A stretch of 64,000 nucleotides of DNA from Myxococcota bacterium (GCA_965250285.1 OZ252299.1:3872001-3936000), one strand, 5' to 3'; positions 17,565 through 27,964 are shown, counted from the stretch's first letter. A program made the numbers and translations. The notes: generated from the sequence alone by a model not told the origin.

Positions 17565-19070
17565 ATGCCGAAGTCGTGGATGCACTTGCTGCTCGCCGCT
17601 GCAATCGCCCTGCTGACGGCGGCGTGCACCGGCGACGAGCCAGGCGAAGCTGAAACCGACGGGGACACTGCGGACCCGCGGCCGTCGATCGTGCTCGTCG
17701 TGATCGACACGCTGCGCGCCGACGCGGTCTCGGCCTATGGCCGCGTCGATGGCACCACGCCGCACATCGACGCGCTCGTTCGCGAAGGCGTGCTCTACCG
17801 GCACGCCTGGGCGACCTCGCCGTGGACGTTGCCGTCGCACGCGAGCCTCTTTACCGGCACCGACGTCGAGACCCACCGCGTCGGCATGCCCGGACGCGTC
17901 GACCTCGACGATTCGGCCGTCACGCTGGCAGAGCTGCTCGGTGAGGCGGGCTACGACACGGCGGCCATCTCAGAGAACCTGATCGTGAGCGATACGTTCG
18001 CGCTGCTGCAGGGCTTCGACTGGAAGCGCACCTCGTACAACGACAAGTCGGTGCAGCCCAGCCGCATGCGCTGGATCGACGCCTCCGATGCCATCGAAGA
18101 GTGGGTCGCCGATCGCGACGACGACCGCCCTTTCTTCCTCTTCATCAACCTCTTCGATCCGCACAACCCGTACGAGATTCGCGACGAGAACCCGTGGGTG
18201 CCCGAAGACGCCACGAACGAGGACATCCAGACGCGTCCGCCCCGACTCGAAGGCTTGATCTGCACGGCCGTGCCGCCGCCGCCCCAGCGCGAGGTGCTGC
18301 GGGGCCTGTATCACGGTGACGTCCATGCGGGCGATGCGAAGCTGAACACGATCCTCGAGCGCATCCGCGCCGTTCACGACGGTCCGATCCACACCGTGAT
18401 CACCTCGGATCACGGCGAGGCGTTCGGCGAGCGCGATCTGATGGGGCACGGCTTCGGGCTGCAGGAGTCGGTGCTCTGGGTACCCCTCATCGTGCACGGC
18501 GTCGATGGGGTCGAGCCCGCTCTCATCGATGGCAGCGTGGGCCTGATCGACATCCTGCCGACGATCCTCGGCTGGGCGGGGCTCGACGCCGACCCCGAGC
18601 TGCCCGGGCGGCCGCTGCCCACCACCAACGCCGCCGCCGAGCAGCTGCCGGCTCGATCCCTGCGCGCCGCCTACAGCGATCGATTCCAGGAGGCCGAGCG
18701 CGACTGGACCAATCAGTTGACCGATCTCGATAAGCTGCGCCAGTTCTGCGGCACCGAAGATCGCGTGTTCGGTGGGATGTACTCGCTGCTTCGATACCCC
18801 TACAAGTTCACGTGGTACGAGCAATATCCGCCCGAGCTCTTCGATCTGAGCTGGGACGCGACCGAGCGTTCGGATCAATCGGCGCTGCAGAAAGACGTGC
18901 TGCGCGGCTTCCTCGAGGAGGTCGGCCCCGCGGTCGAGAGCGCGGGGCTCAAAGGCGGCCCGGTGCTGGGGGAAGGACTCTCGCCCGAGCGCCGCCGCGC
19001 CCTCGAGGAGCTGGGCTACATCGCGACCGAAGAAGAGAACGCCGCGCCCGACGAACCCACCCGAGAATGA
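17565..19070 (+). CDS. Alkaline-phosphatase-superfamily (sulfatase-fold) lipoprotein with Thr at the nucleophile position
   Basis: Lipobox LTAAC; VIDTLRAD, WTLPSHASLFTG, FDPHNPY, SDHGE. Start uncertain (17553, 17565 or 17580). Confidence 0.85.
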   Translation: MPKSWMHLLLAAAIALLTAACTGDEPGEAETDGDTADPRPSIVLVVIDTLRADAVSAYGRVDGTTPHIDALVREGVLYRHAWATSPWTLPSHASLFTGTDVETHRVGMPGRVDLDDSAVTLAELLGEAGYDTAAISENLIVSDTFALLQGFDWKRTSYNDKSVQPSRMRWIDASDAIEEWVADRDDDRPFFLFINLFDPHNPYEIRDENPWVPEDATNEDIQTRPPRLEGLICTAVPPPPQREVLRGLYHGDVHAGDAKLNTILERIRAVHDGPIHTVITSDHGEAFGERDLMGHGFGLQESVLWVPLIVHGVDGVEPALIDGSVGLIDILPTILGWAGLDADPELPGRPLPTTNAAAEQLPARSLRAAYSDRFQEAERDWTNQLTDLDKLRQFCGTEDRVFGGMYSLLRYPYKFTWYEQYPPELFDLSWDATERSDQSALQKDVLRGFLEEVGPAVESAGLKGGPVLGEGLSPERRRALEELGYIATEEENAAPDEPTRE

Positions 19071-19079
19071 ACAGGGGCA

Positions 19080-20879
19080 TCAGCCAGATGGCGCTTCGAG
19101 CGCGGCCTCGTCGGCGCGCGGTGCCCCGAACGCGAGCAGCGCGAGCACGCACAGGCTCGCGATCACGGTGATCACCGAGGCCCCGAAGTATTCCTCGTAC
19201 GTGCGATAGAACAGCCAGCCGTTCGCGTTCCAGGCGAGACAGGCCAACACGAGCACGCCGACGACGGCCGGCCGGCGCGCAGCCCACACGAAGCCGAGTG
19301 GTACGAACTCGTAGTAGTAGTTCGTCGGGTCCGTGAGAAACGGGATGAGCGCCAACCCCGCGAGCGGCGCCTCCCAGACTTCGATGCGCGGCAGCGCCCA
19401 TCCGAAGAGCGCGAGCCCGGCGAGTGCGGTGACCCCACGCGCAATCGTCGAGAGGGTCGAGTCACCGAAGGTCCAGGCGACGACGGTGCCGAGCCCGACG
19501 CGGTTCGTCACGTCGAGCTGAGAGAACGTGCCGATCTTCTCAGCAAAGCCCGCGAGGCCTCCGAGACCGCCGGCATCGACGATGGCGATGCCCCCGAGCA
19601 AGATCGTGGTGAGGCCTGCGATGACGACGAATCGCAGACTCGACGCATCGATTCGCCGCTGCCTGAACGATTCGACCAGCCCGTGAAGCACGACCGCGCC
19701 CGCCGGCACCGCGGGAAAGACCCGCAGCGTCGTCGAGAACGCGAGCATCGCGCCCGAAGCCGCCGGGCGTCCGAGGCGCAGCAGGCACACACCGGCGAAG
19801 AGCGCCGACCACCAGAGATGCCGCAGGTACCCGTCCCCCGAAAAACCGTATCGCCACAGGTAGCCCGTGCCCCATGCGATGATGACGAGACACGCCACCT
19901 CCCAGCCGAACGCCCACGCGACGCAGGCGAAGCCAGCCCCGATCAGAACACGGTCGAGATTCTGCAGCACGAACCGAGCGGCTGGGTGATCGATCGGCAG
20001 CGCGTTCGCGACGGCACCGCCGACGGCGTTCCAGACCGGTGAGGCGTTGTACCCGAAGTCCTTCCACACGTCTCGCGGAATCGAAGGGCCCCAGTGCGGG
20101 ATGAACGACACGACGTCGTCACCGAACTCGGTCCATCGCTGGGCCGAGAACCGATCGGGGCAATCGGCGCCCTCGGCGAGGACCCGCTTCACGCCGACCA
20201 CTTTCATCGTGCGCAGGTCGCGCGCTCCGAACTTCTGGCCGGCCGGGGCGACACCGCGCTCTTCGATCGCGACCAGCGAGCACTCGTAGAGCCCGAAGTA
20301 CCCGAGCTCGTCGGCGTACTTCGAGCCGACGTAGTAGTGAAAGACGTCGGTCGATCCGAAGTCGCTCTTGTAGTTGCCGAGAAAGAGGTGGTAGTACGTG
20401 GCCACCGAGGCGAACGTCAGCGCGATGAGCAGCACGTCGCGCACGCGCTTCTGCATGGGCCGTGTTTCGAGGCGCCGACCCGCGGCAAACGCGAAGACGC
20501 CGAGCACGAGAAGCGCGGCCCGGACGAAGACGAGTTCACGGTCGTGCAGTGGCCCTCGATCGGCGCGGCGCCGCTCGGCATCTTGCGCGCGCTGATGCGC
20601 GCGCTCGGCCCGGCTCGCGCCGCTCGCTGGCTTCGCACCCTGCGCCGGGGCGACGGATCTGTCGCGCGATCGGCGATTCGCTTCGATCGGAAGGAAGCTC
20701 TTGGGTGGCTCGAGCGGAGCGAGCTCGACCTCTGCCGCGCCCCGTCGCGAATCACCGGCACCGGGGAGCACGCCGATCGTGGCCGAGAAGAGCAGCGTCG
20801 CCGCAAGAGCGACGATGAGGCGAAGCGCACTGTAGGGGACGACCACTCTCGTCATCTTCGCTCGCTCGCGCGCTCCCAT
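19080..20879 (-). CDS. Polytopic membrane protein of unknown function, GT-C/GT87-like topology
   Basis: Many hydrophobic segments plus a large soluble loop DVFHYYVGSKY..ELGY..LYEC...GYNASPVW. Start uncertain. Confidence 0.7.
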   Translation of the reverse strand: MGARERAKMTRVVVPYSALRLIVALAATLLFSATIGVLPGAGDSRRGAAEVELAPLEPPKSFLPIEANRRSRDRSVAPAQGAKPASGASRAERAHQRAQDAERRRADRGPLHDRELVFVRAALLVLGVFAFAAGRRLETRPMQKRVRDVLLIALTFASVATYYHLFLGNYKSDFGSTDVFHYYVGSKYADELGYFGLYECSLVAIEERGVAPAGQKFGARDLRTMKVVGVKRVLAEGADCPDRFSAQRWTEFGDDVVSFIPHWGPSIPRDVWKDFGYNASPVWNAVGGAVANALPIDHPAARFVLQNLDRVLIGAGFACVAWAFGWEVACLVIIAWGTGYLWRYGFSGDGYLRHLWWSALFAGVCLLRLGRPAASGAMLAFSTTLRVFPAVPAGAVVLHGLVESFRQRRIDASSLRFVVIAGLTTILLGGIAIVDAGGLGGLAGFAEKIGTFSQLDVTNRVGLGTVVAWTFGDSTLSTIARGVTALAGLALFGWALPRIEVWEAPLAGLALIPFLTDPTNYYYEFVPLGFVWAARRPAVVGVLVLACLAWNANGWLFYRTYEEYFGASVITVIASLCVLALLAFGAPRADEAALEAPSG

Positions 20880-20962
20880 TCGGTGCGAGGCACGCCCCTG
20901 CAGGCATTCCCCGTCAACGGCCGCGCCGCGAGCATAGGGGACAGCGGCTACCCTACGCCGCC

Positions 20963-22990
20963 ATGCCCCGCACCCTGCGCCGGACCCTCATCGTCGCCGC
21001 TGCATTGGTCGCGCTGATCGCGATGGTGGGCCTGTTCGTCGTTCGATCGTGGACGCCTGCACCGCCCCCCGAAAGACCGGCGGTCGCCCTCAGCGAGAGC
21101 CCGGCGGCCGCGGCGTGCCGCGTGAACGAGCCCCTGCGCCAGGCACTCTTCGGTGATCTGCACGTACACACGTCGCTCTCGAGCGACGCCTGGATGTTCG
21201 ACGTTCGGGTGCGACCGACCGACGCGTATCGATACGCAACCGGGGGTGAGGTGCTGCTCTCACCGATCGGCCCCGATGGTCGTGGCACGCGCCCCGTCCG
21301 CATCGATCGACCGCTCGACTTCGCGGCCGTGACCGATCACAGCGAGTTCCTCGGCGAGGGACGCATCTGCCTCGACCCGGCGGCGCCCGGCTACGCGAGC
21401 TCGTTCTGCGACATGTTTCGCCAGGGCGACGGCCGCAGCCCGCGCCTCGTGCTGAAGATCATGAGCCCGTGGAGCGCACGCGACGTCGAGACCTGCGGCC
21501 CCGACGGCGAAGCCTGCCTTCGCGCCTCGAGTCGCGCATGGCAAGAGGTGGTCGACGCTGCCGAAGCCTGGAACGACACGAGCGACGCCTGTTCGTTCAC
21601 GACGTTCGTCGGCTACGAGTACAGCTCGCACCGGCTCGGATCGAATCTGCACCGCAACGTGATCTTCCGAAACGCGATCGTGCCGCCGGTGCCGATCAGC
21701 TATCTGGAGGCCCACCGCGAGTGGGAGCTCTGGGAGGCCCTGCGCCGCGACTGCATCGACTCGGGCACGGGCTGCGACGTGCTCGCAATCCCGCACAACT
21801 CGAACATCAGCAACGGTCGAATGTTTGCCGTCGACTACCCCGGCGCCGATACGCTCGAGGGCCAGCGCGACCGAGCCCGGCTGCGCATGCGGGTCGAACC
21901 GGTCGTCGAAATCATGCAACACAAGGGCGACTCCGAGTGCCGGAAGGATCTCACGAACGTTCTCGGCACGATCGACGAGCTGTGTGACTTCGAGAAGTTC
22001 GAAGACTTCGCGTTCGATCGGCAGCCAGGCCCCGGCGACGTACGGGCGTGCAGCGAAGGCCGGCTGGCCGACGCCATGCCGCATCTCGGCCCCGACTGCG
22101 TTTCGCCGCTCAGCTACGTGCGGGGCGCCCTGATCGAAGGCCTCGCCGAAGAGAAGCGCATCGGCGTGAACCCGTTCAAGTTCGGCATCACCGCGAGCAC
22201 CGATACCCACAACGGTCTCGCCGGAGGCGTCGAGGAACGTACGTTCCCCGGACACCTCGGACGCGGCGACGACACAGTCGACAAGCGCGTGCGGTGGGAT
22301 TCTTCCATTCCCGGCAACGCGTCGAACAACCCGGGCGGGCTGATCGGTGTGTGGGCCGAAGAGAATTCGCGTGAGTCGATCTTCGAGGCGATTCGTCGCC
22401 GCGAGGTCTTCGGCACGAGCGGGCCGCGCATCCAGCCAAGGTTCTTTGGCGCGTGGGACGAGCCACAGGCGGCATGCGGAGATGCCGATCTCATCGCGGC
22501 GGCCGACGCGGCGGGCGTCCCGATGGGCGCGGATCTGCCGCCCCGGCCGCCCAACGCCCCTTCGCCCGTATTCGTCGCGACCGCCCTCGCCGATCCGGGT
22601 GCCGACGACAGCGGTGCACGCCTGCAGCGGCTGCAGATCGTGAAGGGATGGGTCGACGAAGACGGGCGGCACAACCAGCGCATCTTCGACGTGGCGGGTG
22701 CGGCCGACCGCGGCGCCGACGTCGATCTCGAAACGTGCACGCCCCGTGGGCCGGGCGATGACTATCTCTGCGCGGTCTTTCGGGATCCCGAGTTCGACCC
22801 GGACACAGCTGCGGTCTACTACGCGCGGGCCGTCGAGAACCCGACCTGTCGCTATTCGACCTGGCAGTGCCTCGAGCTCGACCCGAGCGAGCGGCCCCCC
22901 GAATGCGGCGAGGCGAACCCCGCGGCCACGATTCAGGAGCGGGCCTGGACGTCGCCCATCTGGTACACGCCGCCCGAGAGCGGCGCGTAG
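20963..22990 (+). CDS. DUF3604-family secreted PHP-like metallohydrolase (second copy)
   Basis: GDLHVHT, TDHSE, GYEYS, LHRNVIF, IPHNSN, QHKGDSE, STDTHN, QERAWTSPIWY. Confidence 0.9.
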   Translation: MPRTLRRTLIVAAALVALIAMVGLFVVRSWTPAPPPERPAVALSESPAAAACRVNEPLRQALFGDLHVHTSLSSDAWMFDVRVRPTDAYRYATGGEVLLSPIGPDGRGTRPVRIDRPLDFAAVTDHSEFLGEGRICLDPAAPGYASSFCDMFRQGDGRSPRLVLKIMSPWSARDVETCGPDGEACLRASSRAWQEVVDAAEAWNDTSDACSFTTFVGYEYSSHRLGSNLHRNVIFRNAIVPPVPISYLEAHREWELWEALRRDCIDSGTGCDVLAIPHNSNISNGRMFAVDYPGADTLEGQRDRARLRMRVEPVVEIMQHKGDSECRKDLTNVLGTIDELCDFEKFEDFAFDRQPGPGDVRACSEGRLADAMPHLGPDCVSPLSYVRGALIEGLAEEKRIGVNPFKFGITASTDTHNGLAGGVEERTFPGHLGRGDDTVDKRVRWDSSIPGNASNNPGGLIGVWAEENSRESIFEAIRRREVFGTSGPRIQPRFFGAWDEPQAACGDADLIAAADAAGVPMGADLPPRPPNAPSPVFVATALADPGADDSGARLQRLQIVKGWVDEDGRHNQRIFDVAGAADRGADVDLETCTPRGPGDDYLCAVFRDPEFDPDTAAVYYARAVENPTCRYSTWQCLELDPSERPPECGEANPAATIQERAWTSPIWYTPPESGA

Positions 22991-23006
22991 TCGCGCCGAA
23001 CGAGCC

Positions 23007-24713
23007 TCAATCGCCGTCGGCTGCGAGCTCCTGAAATCGCCGTCGCTGCTCGGCGCTGCCAATCATCACCAGCTCACTGCCCGCCGTGAGCTCGGTGGAC
23101 GGCGCCGGGTTCGCCGTGTACCGGCCCGAATCGCGCAGCGCAACGACGGTGAGGCCCGTTCGCGCCCCGATCCCGCTCTCCGACAGCGGTTTGCCCACGA
23201 GCTGCTTCGGCGTGTCCTCCGAGAAGAGCTCGGTGCCTTCGCCCAGCACGATCAGCTCGCGCCCGCGGACCATGGCCATGATCGTCTGAATGGCAAGCGA
23301 GCCATGCGACAGCGCGAAGTCGGCCCCGGCCCGGTGGATCGCCTGCAGGTTTCGATCGTGGCTGATGCGGCTGATGATGTGCGCCTGGCCGCCGAGCTTG
23401 CGGCAGTAGATCGCCAGGAAGAGATTGGTCGCATCGTCATTGGTCGTCAGCACGATGCTGCGCACTTCGTCGATGCCCGCTTCCTTCACGGTCTCGAGGT
23501 TCGACGCATCGCCGATGATGACGCGATCGGCCACACGCATCAGATACGGACGTAAGCGCTCGTCGGCATCGAGGATCGTGACGGGCACCTCGCGCTCGCG
23601 CAGAGCCCGGGCGACGGCCTGCCCGACCATGCCGCCGCCGATCACGAGGACCGGCGATTCGGTCGCCTGGTAGATGACGAAGAGCGCGTCGAGCTCGGTG
23701 AGCTGCTCTTCGGTGCCGACGACCACCGGCACGCTGTGCTCGGACAGGACGGTCTCGGGGCCGGCGGGCAGGAGATGCCCCTTCTCCCAGACGGCGACGA
23801 TGCTGAGCCCAGTGAGCTCACGCAGCCGGCTATCGCGCACCGTACGTCCCGGCAGAGAGGTGCCATGGATCGGGAACTCAGCGATGACGAGCTCGCCGAA
23901 CGACCCAATGCGCTGGGCCGATTGGATCACGTCGGTCACGCGAACGGCCAGCTGCTCACCGAGGCGCTGCTTGAGCGGCAGCACCTCGGTCGCACCGGCA
24001 AAGTGGAGCACGTCGATCGAATCGACGTTCTCGGCGAGGGCGACGATCGGCACGTCCTGAGCGATCTCACGTACGGTGAGCGTCACGTTGGTGTTCTGCG
24101 TGTCGCTGAGGTTCGCAAACACCAGTCGGGCCTGATCGACCTGCACCCGCTCGAACGTTCGCGCGTCGTCCCGCGGGCCGGCCACGACCTCGAGGCCGTC
24201 CCCGTTGAGGTGCGCGGCCCGGGCGACATCGGGCTCGATCACCACATAGGGCACTTCGAAGCGATCGAGTCGCTGCACGAGCCCACGCGTCAGCTCGTCG
24301 TAGGCGCAGATGACGACGTGGCCCGTGGTGCCTTTCGGGACGCGCGTCGGCGCCTGTGCACGCACCTGCGCCTCGAGCCACGGAGCGTAGAAGAAGCGAA
24401 TGAAGGTGAAGGGCGCGACGATGAGCAGCATCACGATGCCGTAGACGAGCACGAAGATCGTGAAGGCGCGGCCCATGTCGCTCTGGAAGGTGATGTCGCC
24501 GAAGCCCAGCGTGCTCATCACCGTGAGCGTCCAGTAGAGCCCGGTCAGCCAGGAGTGATCCTGCCCCTCATAGACCATGATGAGGTGGAAGAGGACCGTA
24601 AAGACGGCGATCGAGCCGGCGAGCGCGAGCGCAAAGCGCGCGAGGGCCCGAAGGTTCTGCTTCGAGTCCGGATCCTCGAGCAGGAATGAGAGCTGCGAGG
24701 GCATGAACTTCAC
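23007..24713 (-). CDS. Potassium channel with tandem RCK (TrkA-N/TrkA-C) domains
   Basis: 2-TM pore with TMSTLGFGD-type filter (VMSTLGFGDIT) followed by two RCK-N/RCK-C pairs (second has IGGGMVG). Confidence 0.9.
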   Translation of the reverse strand: MKFMPSQLSFLLEDPDSKQNLRALARFALALAGSIAVFTVLFHLIMVYEGQDHSWLTGLYWTLTVMSTLGFGDITFQSDMGRAFTIFVLVYGIVMLLIVAPFTFIRFFYAPWLEAQVRAQAPTRVPKGTTGHVVICAYDELTRGLVQRLDRFEVPYVVIEPDVARAAHLNGDGLEVVAGPRDDARTFERVQVDQARLVFANLSDTQNTNVTLTVREIAQDVPIVALAENVDSIDVLHFAGATEVLPLKQRLGEQLAVRVTDVIQSAQRIGSFGELVIAEFPIHGTSLPGRTVRDSRLRELTGLSIVAVWEKGHLLPAGPETVLSEHSVPVVVGTEEQLTELDALFVIYQATESPVLVIGGGMVGQAVARALREREVPVTILDADERLRPYLMRVADRVIIGDASNLETVKEAGIDEVRSIVLTTNDDATNLFLAIYCRKLGGQAHIISRISHDRNLQAIHRAGADFALSHGSLAIQTIMAMVRGRELIVLGEGTELFSEDTPKQLVGKPLSESGIGARTGLTVVALRDSGRYTANPAPSTELTAGSELVMIGSAEQRRRFQELAADGD

Positions 24714-24802
24714 GCCCGGGAGGGTACCTCCAGCGTCGTTGCACGCGCCATGTCGACGAGTCGCCAGCGATGGGACTCGAATGCGTGCGAGTGAGTTCTC
24801 CG

Positions 24803-26089
24803 TCAGCTCTGGTCGAGGCGCTCGACGCAGCGCAGCACCTCGGCCTGATAGGCCTTGCCACGCTCATTCACCAGGTCGATCACGTTGAGCGAGGTCGGGA
24901 CGTAGCCGAAGCCGATCTCGCGACGCGGGTTCCACTGGAAGATCGAACCGCCGAGCCCCATCCAGCCGAAGAAACCCTCACGGCCGTTGTTGAACGCACG
25001 GTCGCGTCGCGAGCTTCCGGGGGGCAGCGTCTGAAACTCGTTCACCCCGCCCTGGGTGAAATCGGTCGCGATGAAGCCCATGTCGGCGTGCACCGCATCA
25101 TCGTGCATCGCCTTCCACGCTGCCTCGCCGATCAAGCGGGTGCCCTCCCACACGCCCCCCGCGGCCATCATCGACGCAACGCGAGCAAGACCCCGGGCCG
25201 ACGCGTTGGCGTTTGCCGATGGCGTCTCACCGCGGACGACGACGGGGTCGTTGAAGTAGGCGATTCGATCCATCTTCTTGAACGGCGGCGGTGCACCGCG
25301 CACCGATGCCTTGCGAATCATCGGCAGCAGTCGCAGGAATCGGCCGATGATCTGGAAGATGTTGAGCTCGATGCGCCGGCCGAGAAACTTGGGCTTCAGG
25401 CTCTGCAGCAGCTGGAACACGAAGCCGAGTGGCGCGACCCGCGAGATGCGACCGATGTCGGGCTCTTGAACGCCGATCTGCACATCGGCGTCGATGGGGC
25501 CGCTGACCTCTTCACGCAAGAACTCGCCGATCGTGCGACCCGCCGGATCGACCCGGCGGAAGAGCTCGTTGACGATCCAGCCGCGCGTCACCGCGTGGTA
25601 CTCGCGACGCCCCTCTCGCGGAAAGCGCTGGGGATGCGGCTCGATGACGCGCCCGACCCGATTCTGCTTGATGTGCTCGACGAGTAGATCCTCGGCGTCG
25701 AGCGACGTATTGAAGGCCGCGAGCCCCGCTTCGTGCCGCATCAGGTCGGCGACCTTCAGGTCGCCCTTCCCGGCGTCAGCGAACTCGGGCCAGTAGTCAG
25801 CGACGCGCGCGCCGTAGTCGAGCAGCCCCTTGCCCGCCAACCAGGCGAGCGCAATCGATTCGAGGCTCTTGCCGCTGCTGAACACGTTGGCGAGCGAGTC
25901 GGCGCCGAACGCATCGTCTCCGACGGCCGATGCCCATAGATCGACCACCTTCTCGCCGCGGTGGTACACGCAGAGCTGCGTGTTGCGCTCCTCGAGCGTT
26001 CGCATGTTGTGTTCGTACAAGGCCCTCACCGACTCGAAGCCGGGCGCCACGGTGCCTTCGATCCGCAGTCGATCTCGCGTGCGACTCAT
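24803..26089 (-). CDS. Serine hydrolase, beta-lactamase class C/esterase family VIII
   Basis: FSSGK (SxxK), LMRHEAGL, EYHAVTRG, GWMGLGG; AGGAG RBS. Confidence 0.9.
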   Translation of the reverse strand: MSRTRDRLRIEGTVAPGFESVRALYEHNMRTLEERNTQLCVYHRGEKVVDLWASAVGDDAFGADSLANVFSSGKSLESIALAWLAGKGLLDYGARVADYWPEFADAGKGDLKVADLMRHEAGLAAFNTSLDAEDLLVEHIKQNRVGRVIEPHPQRFPREGRREYHAVTRGWIVNELFRRVDPAGRTIGEFLREEVSGPIDADVQIGVQEPDIGRISRVAPLGFVFQLLQSLKPKFLGRRIELNIFQIIGRFLRLLPMIRKASVRGAPPPFKKMDRIAYFNDPVVVRGETPSANANASARGLARVASMMAAGGVWEGTRLIGEAAWKAMHDDAVHADMGFIATDFTQGGVNEFQTLPPGSSRRDRAFNNGREGFFGWMGLGGSIFQWNPRREIGFGYVPTSLNVIDLVNERGKAYQAEVLRCVERLDQS

Positions 26090-26387
26090 CTGCTCTCCTG
26101 TGCGCGATCCCGATCGCCGGGCGCCCGGCCGAGCCCGAGCGGGCCGGACGAGCCGCGCCGGACGGGCCCAGTCGAAATCGACACGCTGCGAGCGGGCGAT
26201 CTCGGGGGAACGACCCGAGACGCTTAGCACGCCGTCTTACCGCGCGACGCGAGGCTCGTCCGGCGACGTGTGCGAGGGCGATCGCGTGCCGAGCGAGGCG
26301 GACGGTGGCTCAGTGTCCCTGCGTTTCGGCCGCAAGAGCGACCTCGCCCGATGCTAGAGTGACGAGACATCGTCTGGAGGGACATGC

Positions 26388-26957
26388 ATGTCGGATGCGC
26401 GCGTCGAGATGCTGACGGAGAGCGCTGCCGTCGAGGCGGCCGGCATGATCGGCGTCAACGAGTCGATCGCCAAGCTGAACGTGTTTCGTACACTGCTGAG
26501 ACGCCCGAAGACCGCCAAAGCGGTCAGTGATCTGCTCTTCTCGCTGCTCTTCGGGGCCGAGCTCTCCGACCGACGTCGCGAGCTGGTGATCATGCGCATC
26601 GGCTGGATCACGGGCTGCGACTACGAGTGGACGCAGCACTGGCCGATCGCCCAGGACGTGTACGGCTGCACGCCCGAAGAGCTGCTCGCCGTGCGGGAGC
26701 CCGCGGCGAGCGACCTGTTCGACGAGGGCGATCGCGCGATCCTCCAGGCAACCGACGAGCTCGTGCAGACCGGCGAGGTCACGGAGCCGACCTGGCGGCG
26801 CTGCCACGACGCGCTCGGCGACGAGGCCGCGATCGACCTCATCGCGTCGATCGGCTGTTGGGGCATGATCTCGAAGCTCGCGCGCGGCCTCCACATTCCG
26901 CTCGAGGACGGTGTCGCGTCGTGGCCGCCCGACGGGCTGGCTTCGCTGGAGGAATGA
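26388..26957 (+). CDS. Carboxymuconolactone decarboxylase/AhpD-like protein
   Basis: RRRELVIMRIG...CDYEWTQH; GGAGG RBS. Confidence 0.88.
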   Translation: MSDARVEMLTESAAVEAAGMIGVNESIAKLNVFRTLLRRPKTAKAVSDLLFSLLFGAELSDRRRELVIMRIGWITGCDYEWTQHWPIAQDVYGCTPEELLAVREPAASDLFDEGDRAILQATDELVQTGEVTEPTWRRCHDALGDEAAIDLIASIGCWGMISKLARGLHIPLEDGVASWPPDGLASLEE

Positions 26958-26958
26958 C

Positions 26959-27903
26959 ATGAGTGGCCCCCTCTCACTCCCCGATCGCGTGTCGGCTGGC
27001 GCGGTGATCTCGGGGCGCGATCGCGAATCGGTGCTGAGCCACGTTCGTCGGATCGAAGACGCGGGCTTCGACTCGGCCTGGGTCGGCGATCACGTCTCGT
27101 TCTTCATCCCGATCGTCGAGTCGCTCACGTTGCTCAGCTTCGCGGCGGCCGTGAGCGAGCGCATTCGACTCTGCACGGGGATCTACCTGCTGCCACTCAG
27201 GCCGCCCGCCGTGACGGCCAAGGTCACATCGACCCTCGATGTGTTGTCGGGCGGGCGACTGACGCTCGGCGTCGGGGTCGGGGGCGAGTTTCCGCCCGAG
27301 TTCGAGGCGGTCGGTGTCCCGGTCGGCGAGCGTGGGCCCCGAACCGACGAGACGATCGAGATCCTGCGTCGGCTCTGGAGCGAAGACGGCGTCGAGCACC
27401 ATGGGCCTCATTTCGACTTCGGCCCCGTCAGCCTCGACCCGAAGCCCCTGCAGCCCGGCGGCCCGCCGATCATCGTCGGCGGACGTCGGGGGCCGACTTT
27501 TCGCCGCGCGGGACAGCTCGGCGATGGGTACATCTCGCACATGTGCGCGCCCGATCAGTATGCGGCCAACATGAAGCTGATCGGCGATCACGCGCTGGCG
27601 GCCGGACGCGAAGGAGCGGCTTTCGAGTCGTGCGCCTTCCTCTTCACCGTGCTCGACGACGACTACGACAAAGCACATGCGAAGGCCGCGTCGATGCTGA
27701 ACACGATCTATCAGCGCGACTTCACAGAGGCGGCGAAGAAGTACTGCCTGCTCGGGCGTCCCGAAGATTGCCTCGAGCAGATGCAGGCCTTCGCGCGCAG
27801 CGGGGCGCGCCACTTCGTCTTCTCGCTGCTCTCCGACCAGGACGCGTTCTTCGAGTCGTATGAATCGGTGATCGGGCCGGGCCTCTCGCAGATCGACGTC
27901 TGA
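26959..27903 (+). CDS. LLM-class flavin/F420-dependent oxidoreductase
   Basis: DSAWVGDH, LLPLRPP..TAK..STLD.LSGGRL.LGVGVGGE; starts 1 nt after the upstream stop. Confidence 0.9.
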   Translation: MSGPLSLPDRVSAGAVISGRDRESVLSHVRRIEDAGFDSAWVGDHVSFFIPIVESLTLLSFAAAVSERIRLCTGIYLLPLRPPAVTAKVTSTLDVLSGGRLTLGVGVGGEFPPEFEAVGVPVGERGPRTDETIEILRRLWSEDGVEHHGPHFDFGPVSLDPKPLQPGGPPIIVGGRRGPTFRRAGQLGDGYISHMCAPDQYAANMKLIGDHALAAGREGAAFESCAFLFTVLDDDYDKAHAKAASMLNTIYQRDFTEAAKKYCLLGRPEDCLEQMQAFARSGARHFVFSLLSDQDAFFESYESVIGPGLSQIDV

Positions 27904-27964
27904 TGCCGCCCGAACCGGAGCAGCGAGCTCCGCACACCCACCCGCCCTCTGCAGGAGCCCCACC

